Positions 31,846-41,379 of a stretch of 41,379 bases of DNA are shown one piece after another. The translations under genes and the position numbers were made by a program. Positions within the stretch are counted from its first letter, which is position 1. Every line of letters begins with the position of its first letter. The notes below the pieces were generated by a model. It had not been told where the DNA came from, searched no databases, and saw only the letters and a list, made by a program, of their open reading frames with translations. The stretch is from Amoebophrya sp. A120 (lineage: Eukaryota > Protista > Dinoflagellata), in contig CAJINV010000023.1 in the NCBI GenBank assembly GCA_905178155.1, positions 129,038 through 170,416 on the forward strand, read 5' to 3'.

Positions 31846-34800
31846 ATGGAGGCGGGGAGCGGCAGTCCCGGCCAAGGCCTAATATGGGCCCCTCTGGACC
31901 AGAACGGCAAACATTTCATGCTCGAGGTTGTCACTTTCGTGCGCTTCGAGCTCGTTCCCTTCGTCTGCAGCGCGATCGTCGTGCTGATTTCAATTCTAGC
32001 ACTCTGCTGCACAACAACCGATGGTGGAGGAGATGGTACGACTAGAGGTTGCTCGTTTTTCATCTTTTCCTTGTGCAGGAGAAGCGCAAGAAGCGCAGCA
32101 CCGGTTCGCGGGGGCGAAAGCCCGCAGAAAAATACCTCGGCAACATCGTCCTCCTGCAGCGACTTTTTTCTAGCGACGATTTTCTCTTTCAAATCTTCGA
32201 GAGTCTACGAAGAGGTACCTGACGCAGTGGCGCTCGTCGGAAAGCCTGCGGGTGATGTTGATCATGCTGCACATCATCAAGAGCCGCAGGCAAGCGGAGC
32301 ACGACTTGTAGACCACAGCAAGAACCGGCGGAACCGTGAGGACATCGAACTGACACATCAGAGCGAAATAGCGAAGGAACAGGACGACGACGACGACGTC
32401 GATAGTGGCGGGCGGAGTCGAAGCGGGGACGTCGAGGCAGATGAAGTAGCACGACTGCAGCGAGAGCGACCCCAGCAGCACAACTACTACTGCACGCAAA
32501 CTACTTCTATCAAGCGACGAAAGCTTCTCAAAGTGACGCTTACCCTGTCCGTACTCGCATTTGCCTGCTACGTCGTCTTCTCTTCCACCGAGCTCATGTT
32601 CCTCCTATGCATGGCAAATTATATGTCTGGGTCTGGAAGAGGACAAGTTTGTCATGCACATTTTCCCTGAGTCGTGATGTCTGTGATGTATGCCTTAGCA
32701 TCTTCACATATTTTTTGAGTGCTTGTCGATGCGCATCCCGCATGACAAGTGTTCTCTGCGCGTAGCCAATACAATATATTGACTCCCCTTGCTGCCCATG
32801 CAATACAGGTTTTTCTAGCATCCCAATGCAGCATCACAAGTTCTTGCACTCTTCCAGACATCCAGGGATTTTTGCAGATGATACCTCCCGCGGGTGTACA
32901 AGGTTCGCTTCGGGGACGCGGAAACTTTTCCCACCGTGCCGGAGCGCTGGCGGGAGTGTACGGCTATCAAATGTAAAAATGTCTGGGTCTGGAAGATTGC
33001 AACTTGTGACGCTGTCTCTGCATTCTAAAAAAATCTGTATTGCATGATAGATCAGCTAGCAAGAGGGGTCCAGCTCCAGTTTGTGCTACACGGAAAGGGC
33101 ATTTCTCATGCGGGATAGCATCAGAAAGCCCACTAAAAATCTGTGATGCCAGGTTATGCATTACAGGCGTCATGGGTCATGTAAAATCTGCATGACAAGT
33201 CTGGCATTCTTCCAGACCCAGACACTTTTGCATTTGATAACGGCAGTGGAAGAGCAAGAACGCACCAGCAGGAGCACAGGAGGAATTTTGGATAGTGGAA
33301 GCAGGCGACACAGTCCCAGCAGCACAAAGAAATGGCGGTGGGATCCCGAGACCGTCGTGGGCCCGCTCGGGAAGCTTATGGATAGTAAAAATGTCTGGGT
33401 CTCCTGGAAGATTAGCACTTGTAATGCCAGCTTCCCATGCCTAGAGCTAGAAAATCTGTATTGCATAATCAACAAAAGTCGCAGCCGCTTTTGTCATGCA
33501 AAAACGCAGTTTCTCATGCGGATTGCCCATGGGAAAGCGATTTGGGAAGGTGTCATGCCGGACTGCATTCGGAAGTGTTTTCATCATGCACATTTTAGCA
33601 TCACAAGTTTCCAGACCCAGACATTTTTGCATTTGATAAAGTTGAAGAAGCCACCATTGTGGATCTTCGTAAACGACAGCAACTACGGCATCGGAAAGAA
33701 GATATGCAAGCAAACGGCGCCCGGTGTGAACCTGATAGTCAAGAAGTGTCTCGAAAGCTTCGAGCGGCACCTCCGGCCGCATTTCGAATTTGTGTACCTG
33801 AACGAGAAAAACATCACCAAGTTTCTCGATTTCGGAGACGGCCCGGGACTGCTGCCCCGGTGGCACGAGAGCCTCCCCGAGGGAGCGCAATACGCGGACT
33901 TTGCCTCGCTCTCGTTGCAGTACCGGTACGGGGGTGCCTACGTGGACTGGGACGTGCTGCTACTGAACAATATCAACCCGTATTGGGATCTGTTAGAGCA
34001 CTTCGAAACAGTGTTGATCGGCCCCACCAGCGTGCGTGGGTACGGCACAGCCTACGACGAGCACGGGCTGATCCTTTCCCTATTGTGAGGAAAAATCCCC
34101 CCTCCCCACGTTACCAAAGCGGGACACTTTTGAAAATTTGTAATGCTGATTCGTGACCGCAATCGTCTCTGTATTGCAAGAAGGCAAATCAACAAACCCT
34201 GCCGCGTTCTCCCAGCAATTTGCAGTGCTGTATGGCCTACAGAGGACGCGCCTGCCTCGCTAGGTGCCTACACCGAAACGCCCTTACTCAGGTTCTGTAT
34301 CTACCTGCAGTCCTCCATTGCATGACAAAGCAGATCTGTGTACACAAATTCCGCATCACAGATTTCCATTTCGATGTGGGGAGGGGGGATTTTTCCTTTT
34401 GATATTCCCGCCCCCGGAGTCTGTGGGCGGAGTCCAGCTTGCGGCTGATATCAACTGGAAAAGTGTCTGGGTCTGGAAACTTGTAATGCTTGGCTGGGAA
34501 TAGTGAATGCTGATGCTCTGTAATGCACAACCTTGCATGAGAAAGGTCTGCGCCGCTTAGTGTTGCGCTTCACGCATGACGAACTGCGTTTTTGCATGAC
34601 AGGCAAGAGGCCCTTTTCCTGCTCATGCATCACAGATTTGAGAGTCATGCCAGAGAAGCATGACAAACGTGCACTCTTCCAGACCCTGACCCAGACTACA
34701 TTTTTGCAATGCATAGCTGATGCTCCAATCCTACGCGGACTATGTGAAGATATCAAATGTAAAAATGTCTGGGTCTGGAAACTTGTACTGCTAAAAGTGA

Positions 34801-36737
34801 ATGATAGACGCACTGCAATACGCAGCTATGCATGACAAATTTTTTGGCTGCTATGTCTTACGTATTCCGCATGGCAGACTGCGTTTTTGCATGACAGGCA
34901 AGAGAACCTTTTCGTGCCTATGCAACACAGATTCTCGAGTCATGCCAGACAAGCATGGCAAACTTGCATTCTTCCAGACCCAGACACTTTTACAATCCAT
35001 AGAAGAGCCACCCCGACAATCTGCGCAGGTTCTCGAGGCAGGAAGTCATGGACAGCTTGGCAACGCCAACGTCGAGGGGAGCATCGGTGGCAGCTTCGTC
35101 CTCATCTGCGACGAGTGCTAGTAGTAAGATCCCTAGCGGTAGTACTAGTACGATGGAGAAAAAACACGATGCTGATGATCCCACCAAGGTTTTGAAGCAA
35201 CTCGGGCAACATTTCACGCTGTCCAAATACTGGGAAGTCACGCACAACGGTGTTGTTGCCAGACAAAACCACTGCAGCTTCGTCCGACTGTTATCGCAAG
35301 AAAAAAGTGTTACAGTTACACATTGTGTTGCAGAACACGCATGAGAGGCAACCTCTGTCATGCACGAAATGCTTTCAAACCTTATTTCACACGTGTTTTC
35401 CCGTAGGATTTCTGCAATGCAAGTTTTCTCTCTCATGCAGAGAAATTTGTGTTGCTGGATTGACAACAAATGTGTAACTGTAACACTTTTTTCGTGGGAT
35501 AACTGTACATGGGAAGTCAGTACACACCGGGAGGTTTCGCGAAGAACCTGTGCGTACCCACTGCAAAAATGTCTGGGTCTGTAAGAATGCCAGACTTGTC
35601 AACATGCAGGTTTTCCATGACCCATGAGGTCTGGTATGTAGGACAGAGCATGGCAGATTCTGTGAAATGAGTTCTACCATGCCTATCCTGCATGAAGAGA
35701 AGCTGCCTCTTGGTTAGGTCAAAAGTGGGCAGCTTTCGGCATCATGCGTCGCAGATTTTTACAGATTCAGATTTAGCATGACAACTTGCTTTGTTCCAGA
35801 CCCAGACACTTTTGCATTTGATAGTGCGAAATCGACGTCGCGACCGACTTCGACCTGGTTCGCCGAATCTATGCTAGCGCGATGCTGAATGACCTGCGAC
35901 TAGTGCATTTGTCGTATGCGAAGTTTTATCAACTGCAAACATGTCTGGGTCTGGAAACTTGTCAACATGCAAGTCTGTCAGTAATGAGTGCACTTTAATA
36001 GTTGGCCAATCATGACAAGTTTTTGAGCTCCTGCCTGTTGCGTACTTGTTACGCTTACGCATGGGGGGATCCGCATTTTCGTGACAGACAAAAGTATCTC
36101 ACTCTCCCCGTGCCTAAGCGTCAACACATAGTTAAGAGTCATGCCAGACACAGACTAGCAAGACAGATTTCGCACTCTTCCGGACCCAGACATATTTGCA
36201 ACGCATAGCTTCGCGTTTTATGACGAGCCGAAACGGAACCGGTGCGCCATCCCCAGTCTGCAACAATGTCCACTGGTCGATATGTTGCGGGCGTTTTCCC
36301 GAAACGAAATTGTGGACGCAAAGAGGATCTTCGATACGATGTTGAGAAGCAGTAGTACAAAAAAGGAGCTTTCGTCTCCAGATACATCAACAACTGGCGC
36401 TGATGTCTCAAGGACCACTGGAGCTGCTATTTCAACATCTGCTGTTGCTGACGAAGTGGTCCAGATTGAGCTTGCGGGCGAAGTAGACGAGAAGCGGTGG
36501 CTCTTCGACGGCAAAGACAACGCCGGCGTCCGAACCTGGCTGGTGCAGTACAACGGGCAGGCACGACCTGGAAGTGCTGCTGTATCAGAAGGGACAGCAG
36601 CAACATCAAGCGGAAATATCAAGTTTTCCCGAGAGGCCAAGCACGCAACTAGCGATATCAGCGCCGGCATCCTAGCCCCGAGTGCAGCGCAAATCGCCAA
36701 GAAAAAACTGCAAGAAGAAATTTGCCAGTTGAAGTAA
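31846..36737 (+). CDS. GT32-like / capsular-polysaccharide-synthesis-type DxD glycosyltransferase, membrane-anchored, 809 aa, 10 exons
   Basis: Exons 31846-32605, 32889-32964, 33245-33376, 33644-34080, 34410-34448, 34721-34750, 35007-35291, 35507-35554, 35829-35926, 36213-36737 = 2430 nt, open. Signature KKCLESF...VYLNEKNI...ADFASLSLQYRYGGAYVDWD; two N-terminal hydrophobic segments. Confidence 0.88.
32606..32883. mobile_element. Introner 24 (family A), 278 bp
   Basis: TATGCATGGCAAAT..GTCTGGAAGA / TCTTCCAGAC..TTTTGCAGATGATA; perfect TSD CCTCC. Confidence 0.92.
32965..33239. mobile_element. Introner 25 (family A), 275 bp
   Basis: TATCAAATGTAAAAATGTCTGGGTCTGGAAG...CTTCCAGACCCAGACACTTTTGCATTTGATA; perfect TSD ACGGC. 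Confidence 0.95.
33377..33638. mobile_element. Introner 26 (family A), 262 bp
   Basis: TATGGATAGTAAAAATGTCTGGGTC...GACCCAGACATTTTTGCATTTGATA; TSD AAGCT/AAGTT; in frame and stop-free. Confidence 0.92.
34081..34404. mobile_element. Introner 27 (family G), 324 bp
   Basis: TATTGTGAGGAAAAATCCCCCCTCCCCAC...GTGGGGAGGGGGGATTTTTCCTTTTGATA; perfect TSD TTCCC. Confidence 0.95.
34449..34715. mobile_element. Introner 28 (family A), 267 bp
   Basis: TATCAACTGGAAAAGTGTCTGGGTC...TTTTTGCAATGCATA; perfect TSD GCTGA. Confidence 0.93.
34751..35001. mobile_element. Introner 29 (family A), 251 bp
   Basis: TATCAAATGTAAAAATGTCTGGGTCTGGAA...TTCCAGACCCAGACACTTTTACAATCCATA; perfect TSD GAAGA; interior similar to adjacent introner 28. 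Confidence 0.94.
35292..35501. mobile_element. Introner 30 (family F, inverted relative to 16), 210 bp
   Basis: TATCGCAAGAAAAAAGTGTTACAGTTACAC...GTGTAACTGTAACACTTTTTTCGTGGGATA; perfect TSD ACTGT. Confidence 0.95.
35555..35823. mobile_element. Introner 31 (family A), 269 bp
   Basis: TACCCACTGCAAAAATGTCTGGGTCTG...CAGACCCAGACACTTTTGCATTTGATA; perfect TSD GTGCG. Confidence 0.93.
35927..36207. mobile_element. Introner 32 (family A), 281 bp
   Basis: TATCAACTGCAAACATGTCTGGGTC...GACCCAGACATATTTGCAACGCATA; TSD decayed (AGTTT/GCTTC) but removing 286 nt restores frame. Confidence 0.88.
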
Positions 36738-37205
36738 GGCGAAAACCGAGTGAGCAAATAGAGGACCAAAAACTAGAAGATTACCACCATGCAATAGAAG
36801 GATGACATTCATATTCAATTTTTGGAACAGACGAGAAGCAGTCTCGTCGGTCTCTGTGCTGCCCCATGTTCATTATTGGACACTTCTGCTCAGTATTACC
36901 ATGATCCGCTTTTGCAAGCGTCTCATCGTTTCCGGTGCGGTGTGGGCAAATGAGAGCAAGATCGGCATGCGGAAGTTTTGTTTATACGGATGCAATTCTC
37001 TTTGTCCTCATGCAGTTTTTATGTACACACAGGTACTTCTATCGGCATGGCTTTTTTTTGGAGGGATTCTTAAGTGCTATCCTTTGTTGCGGTGGCTCCA
37101 TATCTATTGATGGGAACTACAGCTGCGTAGCATGTCACAAAACTAGCAAGTACTTAATTAATACTACAGTGACAAGATGAAGGCCCATGCAAACCGTGGG
37201 AGGTC

Positions 37206-37519
37206 ATGAGGTCCTCGTGGACGACGTCTCGAGTGCCGTTTTCCCTGTTATCACAGGAAAAAACTGCTTCACTGTGATGATCTTGCAAGATCTGCGTCAC
37301 AAGTTTGTTACACATGAGCCAGAAAATTTACCATGCGCGCTTCCAAAGGGAAAACACCGTTAAAAAGTCAAGGACAAGGTCTTGCAGGTGTGGCAAGACA
37401 AATTAGTTCTGTGCTTCATTCTATGCACCACAAGTCCACAGTGAAACAGTTTTTTTTTGCGATACCTGTTCTGCTTTCTCTACTACGTCGTGGCGGGGTC
37501 GACGCACTTACTTTTCTGA
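37206..37519 (+). pseudogene. Truncated duplicate of the transporter's first exon, interrupted by introner 33
   Basis: Reads MRSSWTTSRVPFSL|FCFLYYVVAGSTHLLF* versus MRSFSWTTSGAVPFSLFCFLYYVVAGSTHLLL at 38171. Confidence 0.85.
37249..37464. mobile_element. Introner 33 (family H), 216 bp
   Basis: TATCACAGGAAAAAACTG...CAGTTTTTTTTTGCGATA; perfect TSD CCTGT; empty homologous site at 38215-38219. Confidence 0.96.
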
Positions 37520-38170
37520 TCCCGGTTTACGCACCTGGCTGCTGCGCTGATCCCCGTTAGCGCGACGGAGTCACGTTCCCGCCTCCTGTCGTGTTGTATC
37601 CTAAGAGAAGATGAATTTCATTCATCGTCGTCGTATTTAGTAAATAAGACGACAATCATGAAGGTGTTCTACCTCTTGGGAGTTGCGTTGGCACCGCTGA
37701 GGGCAACTGTCCCCCCCCACCCCAGACGGGGACTTCGGGGCTCGAGATCGAGGAAAAGCCTACTTTAACTGCGAACACTGTCGTTTCTGGGGCGCAAGAT
37801 GCTCCTGCTGATTCATCACCTTTGCGCGCGGCGGACGCCGCAACGCCGAGCGCGGCAGCCGTGGCGTCTTCTTCAGGCACGGCGTCTTCAGTCTTCTTCT
37901 CGTGTTTCAATTGAGACACGGCATGTTCGTGACAGGACGAAGAACCCGAGAGATTTACAGATCGAAAAAATGTTCTCTAGATCTTTTGTTTTTCGAAGAA
38001 GATGAAGATTAAGGTGTAGTTTTTTTTCCTTTTGAGAAGTTCCATCTGCTTTCACTAGTCCGCCTCGAGAAAAGCCCAGTTGTTGCTAGAATCTTGACAG
38101 ACCGCGTCGCACTCCTCGAGATCCGAGTTGCTCGAATTTTGACAGCCCCCCGTGCAAACCTTGGGAGGTC

Positions 38171-40753
38171 ATGAGGTCCTTCTCGTGGACGACGTCTGGA
38201 GCAGTGCCGTTTTCCCTGTTCTGCTTTCTCTATTACGTCGTTGCGGGGTCGACGCACTTACTTCTCACAAAGGCGACGGAAAACAAGAATGCGAGCGTAT
38301 GGACGTGCCAGGATCGAAATCGTCAAAGTTGAAATAGTTTGCCATGCATAAAACCGACACCAGTGGGAAGCCCACTTTTCAAGCGGCGCATGACAAATTT
38401 GCCGACCACCGGAATCCAATTTGTCATGCTGTTTGGGCACAGAAGACTGTTTTTGTCGTGCTAGTTTAGTAGCTCTATTTCAAACCCTAAACAGGCTTGC
38501 AATCGGCCTCACTTGCCATCCCGGCAAGACAGGCACTTCATGCCTTGCATTTTATGCATGACAAAGCATTTCAACTTTGTCGATTTCAAACCTGACGCTT
38601 CCATAGAGCGGGCGGCTGGAGTACGATACCACTGTGGTCTATCCCACGAAAAAACTGTTTCACTGTGACGATTTTGCAAGATCTGCATCACAAGTTTGTT
38701 ACACATGACAAAGAAAACTTGGCATGCGTGCTTCCTAAGGGAAAACACAGCTAAAAATCCAATGTCTTGCATGTGTAGCAAGACAAACACACTTGCGTTC
38801 CGTTCTATGCATCACAAGTTCACAGTGAAACAGTTTTTTCTTGCGATATGGTCGTCTCGCTGGTGGAGGTTTTCAAAGCCATTTTTGCGATTAATATGGT
38901 TCTGCTGTTATCCTGAGTAAAAACGTACCCACACCAGAGTCAGGATGGGGATTTTGCAACACAAACCTAGGAGCTTTGTGAGTCACGCATGACAAGTTGC
39001 ACTATGCAGTGTAGTGCAGGTTAGCAAGTGCAGCCGCATCACAGATTCATCTGCTCATCCTGTTCACAGCATCACAAATTCCAAAACACGACTGGAAATG
39101 GCTCTCATGGGGATGCGCGTCGCAAGTCTTCCTGTCTTTGCAAATCTGCATTACAACTCTGGTGTGGGTACGTTTTTACTCAGGATTGCTGTTCGGTAAA
39201 AAAAACAACGGAACGACAAAGTCCGAGATAGCGGAGCTGTGCAAGCTTGGAGAGCCTCGGTATGCCCTCCCCGGGCTCTTTTACGCGGTGCAAAACAACT
39301 GCATCATCCTTGCGGTGCCGCTCCTACACCCCCACGTATTCGGGCTTTTCAACAATTTGAAGATCGTGTCCGCCGCTGTGTTTTCGTCCCTCTTTTTGCG
39401 GAAGCGCTTTCGGGTACGGGAAAAAGTCGGCCTCCTGCTGCTCATCCTTAGCTTATCAAATGTAAAAATGTCTGGGTCTGGAAAAGTGGAGCTTGTAATG
39501 CGTGTCATGCATTCCTGGAAAATCTGTGTCCCATGAGCAGCAAAAGACAGGCTTTCTTTCTTGTCATGCAAAAACGCATTTTGTAATGCGTGCTAGGCAT
39601 CAGCAGGCCTCTCAAAAACTTGTCATGCTTGGCTGCCATTGGAGGCGTTTCAATCATGCGAAATTCAGCACCACAAGTTTCCAGACCCAGACATTTTTAC
39701 ATTTGATATAGCTGCGTCGTCAGCAAGTGGGAGATGGCCACTTCGGCCGTGCGTCAATTGATGATCCGGCCGAACAATGCTGCTCCGGACGAGCGGCGGC
39801 AATCGGCAACAATGAAGAACGCTAAAGGAGAAGCTGAAGACCAGCGGTTTCTCCTAGGTCTGTCCCTGACGCTGTTTGCAACCAGTGTTTCCGGTCTCGC
39901 GGGGGTCATCAACGAACACGTGCTGATATCCAGTGCAAAAGTACCGTGCAGCTCGAATGAATTGCAAATCTAAATCTTTGTGCATTGCAAATCCAGTTGT
40001 GCATTGCAAATCCAAATCTTTTTCTCATACGTAAGTCGAAGTCCGTGTCCAGACTACAAATTTTCATTGCGCAAATTTGCGATAAGCTTTCTGCTAATAC
40101 GATACTTTTGCACAGGATAGCTGAAGGTAGGGGGCAAAGTGGGTCATAGTTTCTGGATAAAAAACTACTACACCTACCAGTATGGGATTCTCTTCAATCT
40201 GTGTGGCAACGCCGTCAGTTATCTTTTGCAGAATTACCATCCCGGAATGACGAGTGGTGTGTTAAATACGTCAAATGCTAGTTCTTTTTCTAATACCACA
40301 AAAAATTCTTCTGATCTTTTTCTCAAGAAAACTAGCCCTTCTCTACTTCTCACGGGCTTCACCCCCCTGGTTTGGGCCCTGGTTTTTGTGTGGGTTCTCC
40401 TCGGCGTATCCGTGTCGTTGGTCTTCAAGTATCTGGACAACACGGCAAAATCCTTCGGAAATCCGCTGATAGTGTTTGTCACCTCGATTTTTTCGCATTT
40501 TCTCTTCGCGGACACAAACTTAGATGTGTACTTTTTCCAAGCTCTGGCATTGTATTTTTGCTCCGTCGCGGTGTATTCAGGAACTACTGCACCGTTCTTT
40601 CAGGTCACAGGTCTTGCTCCTCCTGGAGGTAGTTTTAGTTCTTCTAGTTCTGTTGCTACATCATCAACAAGGAACTTTATTTCGCTCGTGACAGAAAGTA
40701 GAACAGATACAGATGCAGATACCAGTACCATAAGGGAGAAAAAAAATGCCTGA
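38171..40753 (+). CDS. Nucleotide-sugar transporter (SLC35A, CMP-sialic acid/UDP-galactose transporter-like), 437 aa, 6 exons
   Basis: Exons 38171-38297, 38611-38639, 38854-38908, 39193-39453, 39714-39926, 40125-40753 = 1314 nt. Family motifs YDTTVVVSLVEVFK, YALPGLFYAVQNN, NLKIVSAAVFS, SGLAGVINEHVLK, SFWIKN, VFKYLDNTAKSF; multiple TM segments. Confidence 0.93.
38298..38605. mobile_element. Introner 34 (family I), 308 bp
   Basis: TATGGACGTGCCAGGATCGAAATCGTCAAAGTTGAAAT...ATTTCAACTTTGTCGATTTCAAACCTGACGCTTCCATA; perfect TSD GAGCG. Confidence 0.94.
38640..38848. mobile_element. Introner 35 (family H), 209 bp
   Basis: TATCCCACGAAAAAACTGTTTCACTGTG...CACAGTGAAACAGTTTTTTCTTGCGATA; perfect TSD TGGTC. 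Confidence 0.95.
38909..39187. mobile_element. Introner 36 (family B), 279 bp
   Basis: TATCCTGAGTAAAAACGTACCCACACCAGAGT...ACTCTGGTGTGGGTACGTTTTTACTCAGGATT (last base T); perfect TSD GCTGT. Confidence 0.95.
39454..39708. mobile_element. Introner 37 (family A), 255 bp
   Basis: Perfect 31-bp TIR TATCAAATGTAAAAATGTCTGGGTCTGGAAA; perfect TSD TAGCT. Confidence 0.96.
39927..40119. mobile_element. Introner 38 (family D), 193 bp
   Basis: TATCCAGTGCAAAAGTA...TACTTTTGCACAGGATA; perfect TSD GCTGA; internal ATTGCAAATC x3. Confidence 0.94.
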
Positions 40754-41062
40754 AGTGAACCAGCAAAAAGCATCAGCGTGACCGCTCGATGCGAAAGAAG
40801 TTTCCTATCGCAGTGCGTTAAGGACGCTAAAACGGAAACGCATTGTTTGGGCTTTGGCCCCGTGTTCTCCTCGTCTAGAGGGCTTTATGCTGCTTTGCTA
40901 TTTGTTTTTGTACTTGGGATATTTCAAAACGAGAGTTCCAGAGCAAAAATAGCACCAACAAGACAGAGGGGGCCTGAGAGCAGCTGCCGGTTGAAGAGGT
41001 CAGTGCAGATCTTCATTGAGAAGATAGCGGAGGGAGATATCCACTGAGAAGATGCCTGATGA

Positions 41063-41366
41063 AGCATACCGCCGGAAACACGGAGGCACTTCCGCGCTTT
41101 TTTGATAAAAACAAGCGAGCTTCTTGCTTGACGGCGCTTTTCGCTCCGGAGTCTGCACAAAGACTTTGCACCTGTAGCAGAAAGCTGTTACTTCGTTCTC
41201 ATCCTCGTCAAACATTGTCTCCTTGCCTTTCGGGGGTCATTTTTGAAGCAAAAACGAAAACGAGCATACCGTCGGAAACACGGAATCACTTTTGCAATTT
41301 TTCAATAAAAATAGGCGAACTTGTTTTCCGGCGCTTTCCGATGTGGGGTCTAGGCAAAGACTTTGC
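41063..41366. repeat. Two imperfect ~105-bp direct repeats, 200-bp period
   Basis: AGCATACCG(C/T)CGGAAACACGGA...CAAAGACTTTGC at 41063-41169 and 41263-41366. Confidence 0.8.
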
Positions 41367-41379
41367 GAAACAGCATCTG

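Noticed and set aside
25313-39708. Repeated peptides such as MSGSG, FQTQTFLHLI, CKNVWVWK as a protein repeat domain
   Set aside because: They are translations of the family A terminal inverted repeat in different frames.
40181-40200. TATGGGATTCTC resembling a family C left end
   Set aside because: No partner end or TSD; it encodes YGILFN in the open transporter frame.
21852-40753. Pseudogenes or an alternative genetic code to explain fragmented ORFs
   Set aside because: All stops and frameshifts fall inside TIR elements; the joined exons are open under the standard code.

Overview
Eukaryotic genomic DNA, most consistent with a parasitic syndinian dinoflagellate such as Amoebophrya (inferred from intron type, not from a database search). 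Left half (1-21.3 kb) is repeat-rich: a (CTTTTG)n microsatellite, a tandem hairpin array, a ~2.5 kb foldback, an assembly gap, MITE-like hairpins, a probable decayed copia-type retroelement, and two related divergent protein kinases (one intact and intronless, one 5'-truncated). Right half (21.8-40.8 kb) holds three co-oriented glycosylation-related genes that the ORF track shows only as fragments. I traced 40 small insertions (112-337 bp) with terminal inverted repeats, almost all 5'-TAT...ATA-3', flanked by 5-bp target-site duplications (30 of 40 perfect). Removing each element plus one TSD copy restores continuous frames of 1254 aa (glycosyltransferase-like), 809 aa (GT32-like DxD glycosyltransferase) and 437 aa (SLC35A-type nucleotide-sugar transporter). 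These are therefore introner-type DNA transposons acting as non-GT-AG introns. The window shows them in both orientations, sharing an internal motif across families, and includes a filled/empty site pair. All coordinates were read by eye and may be off by a base or two.
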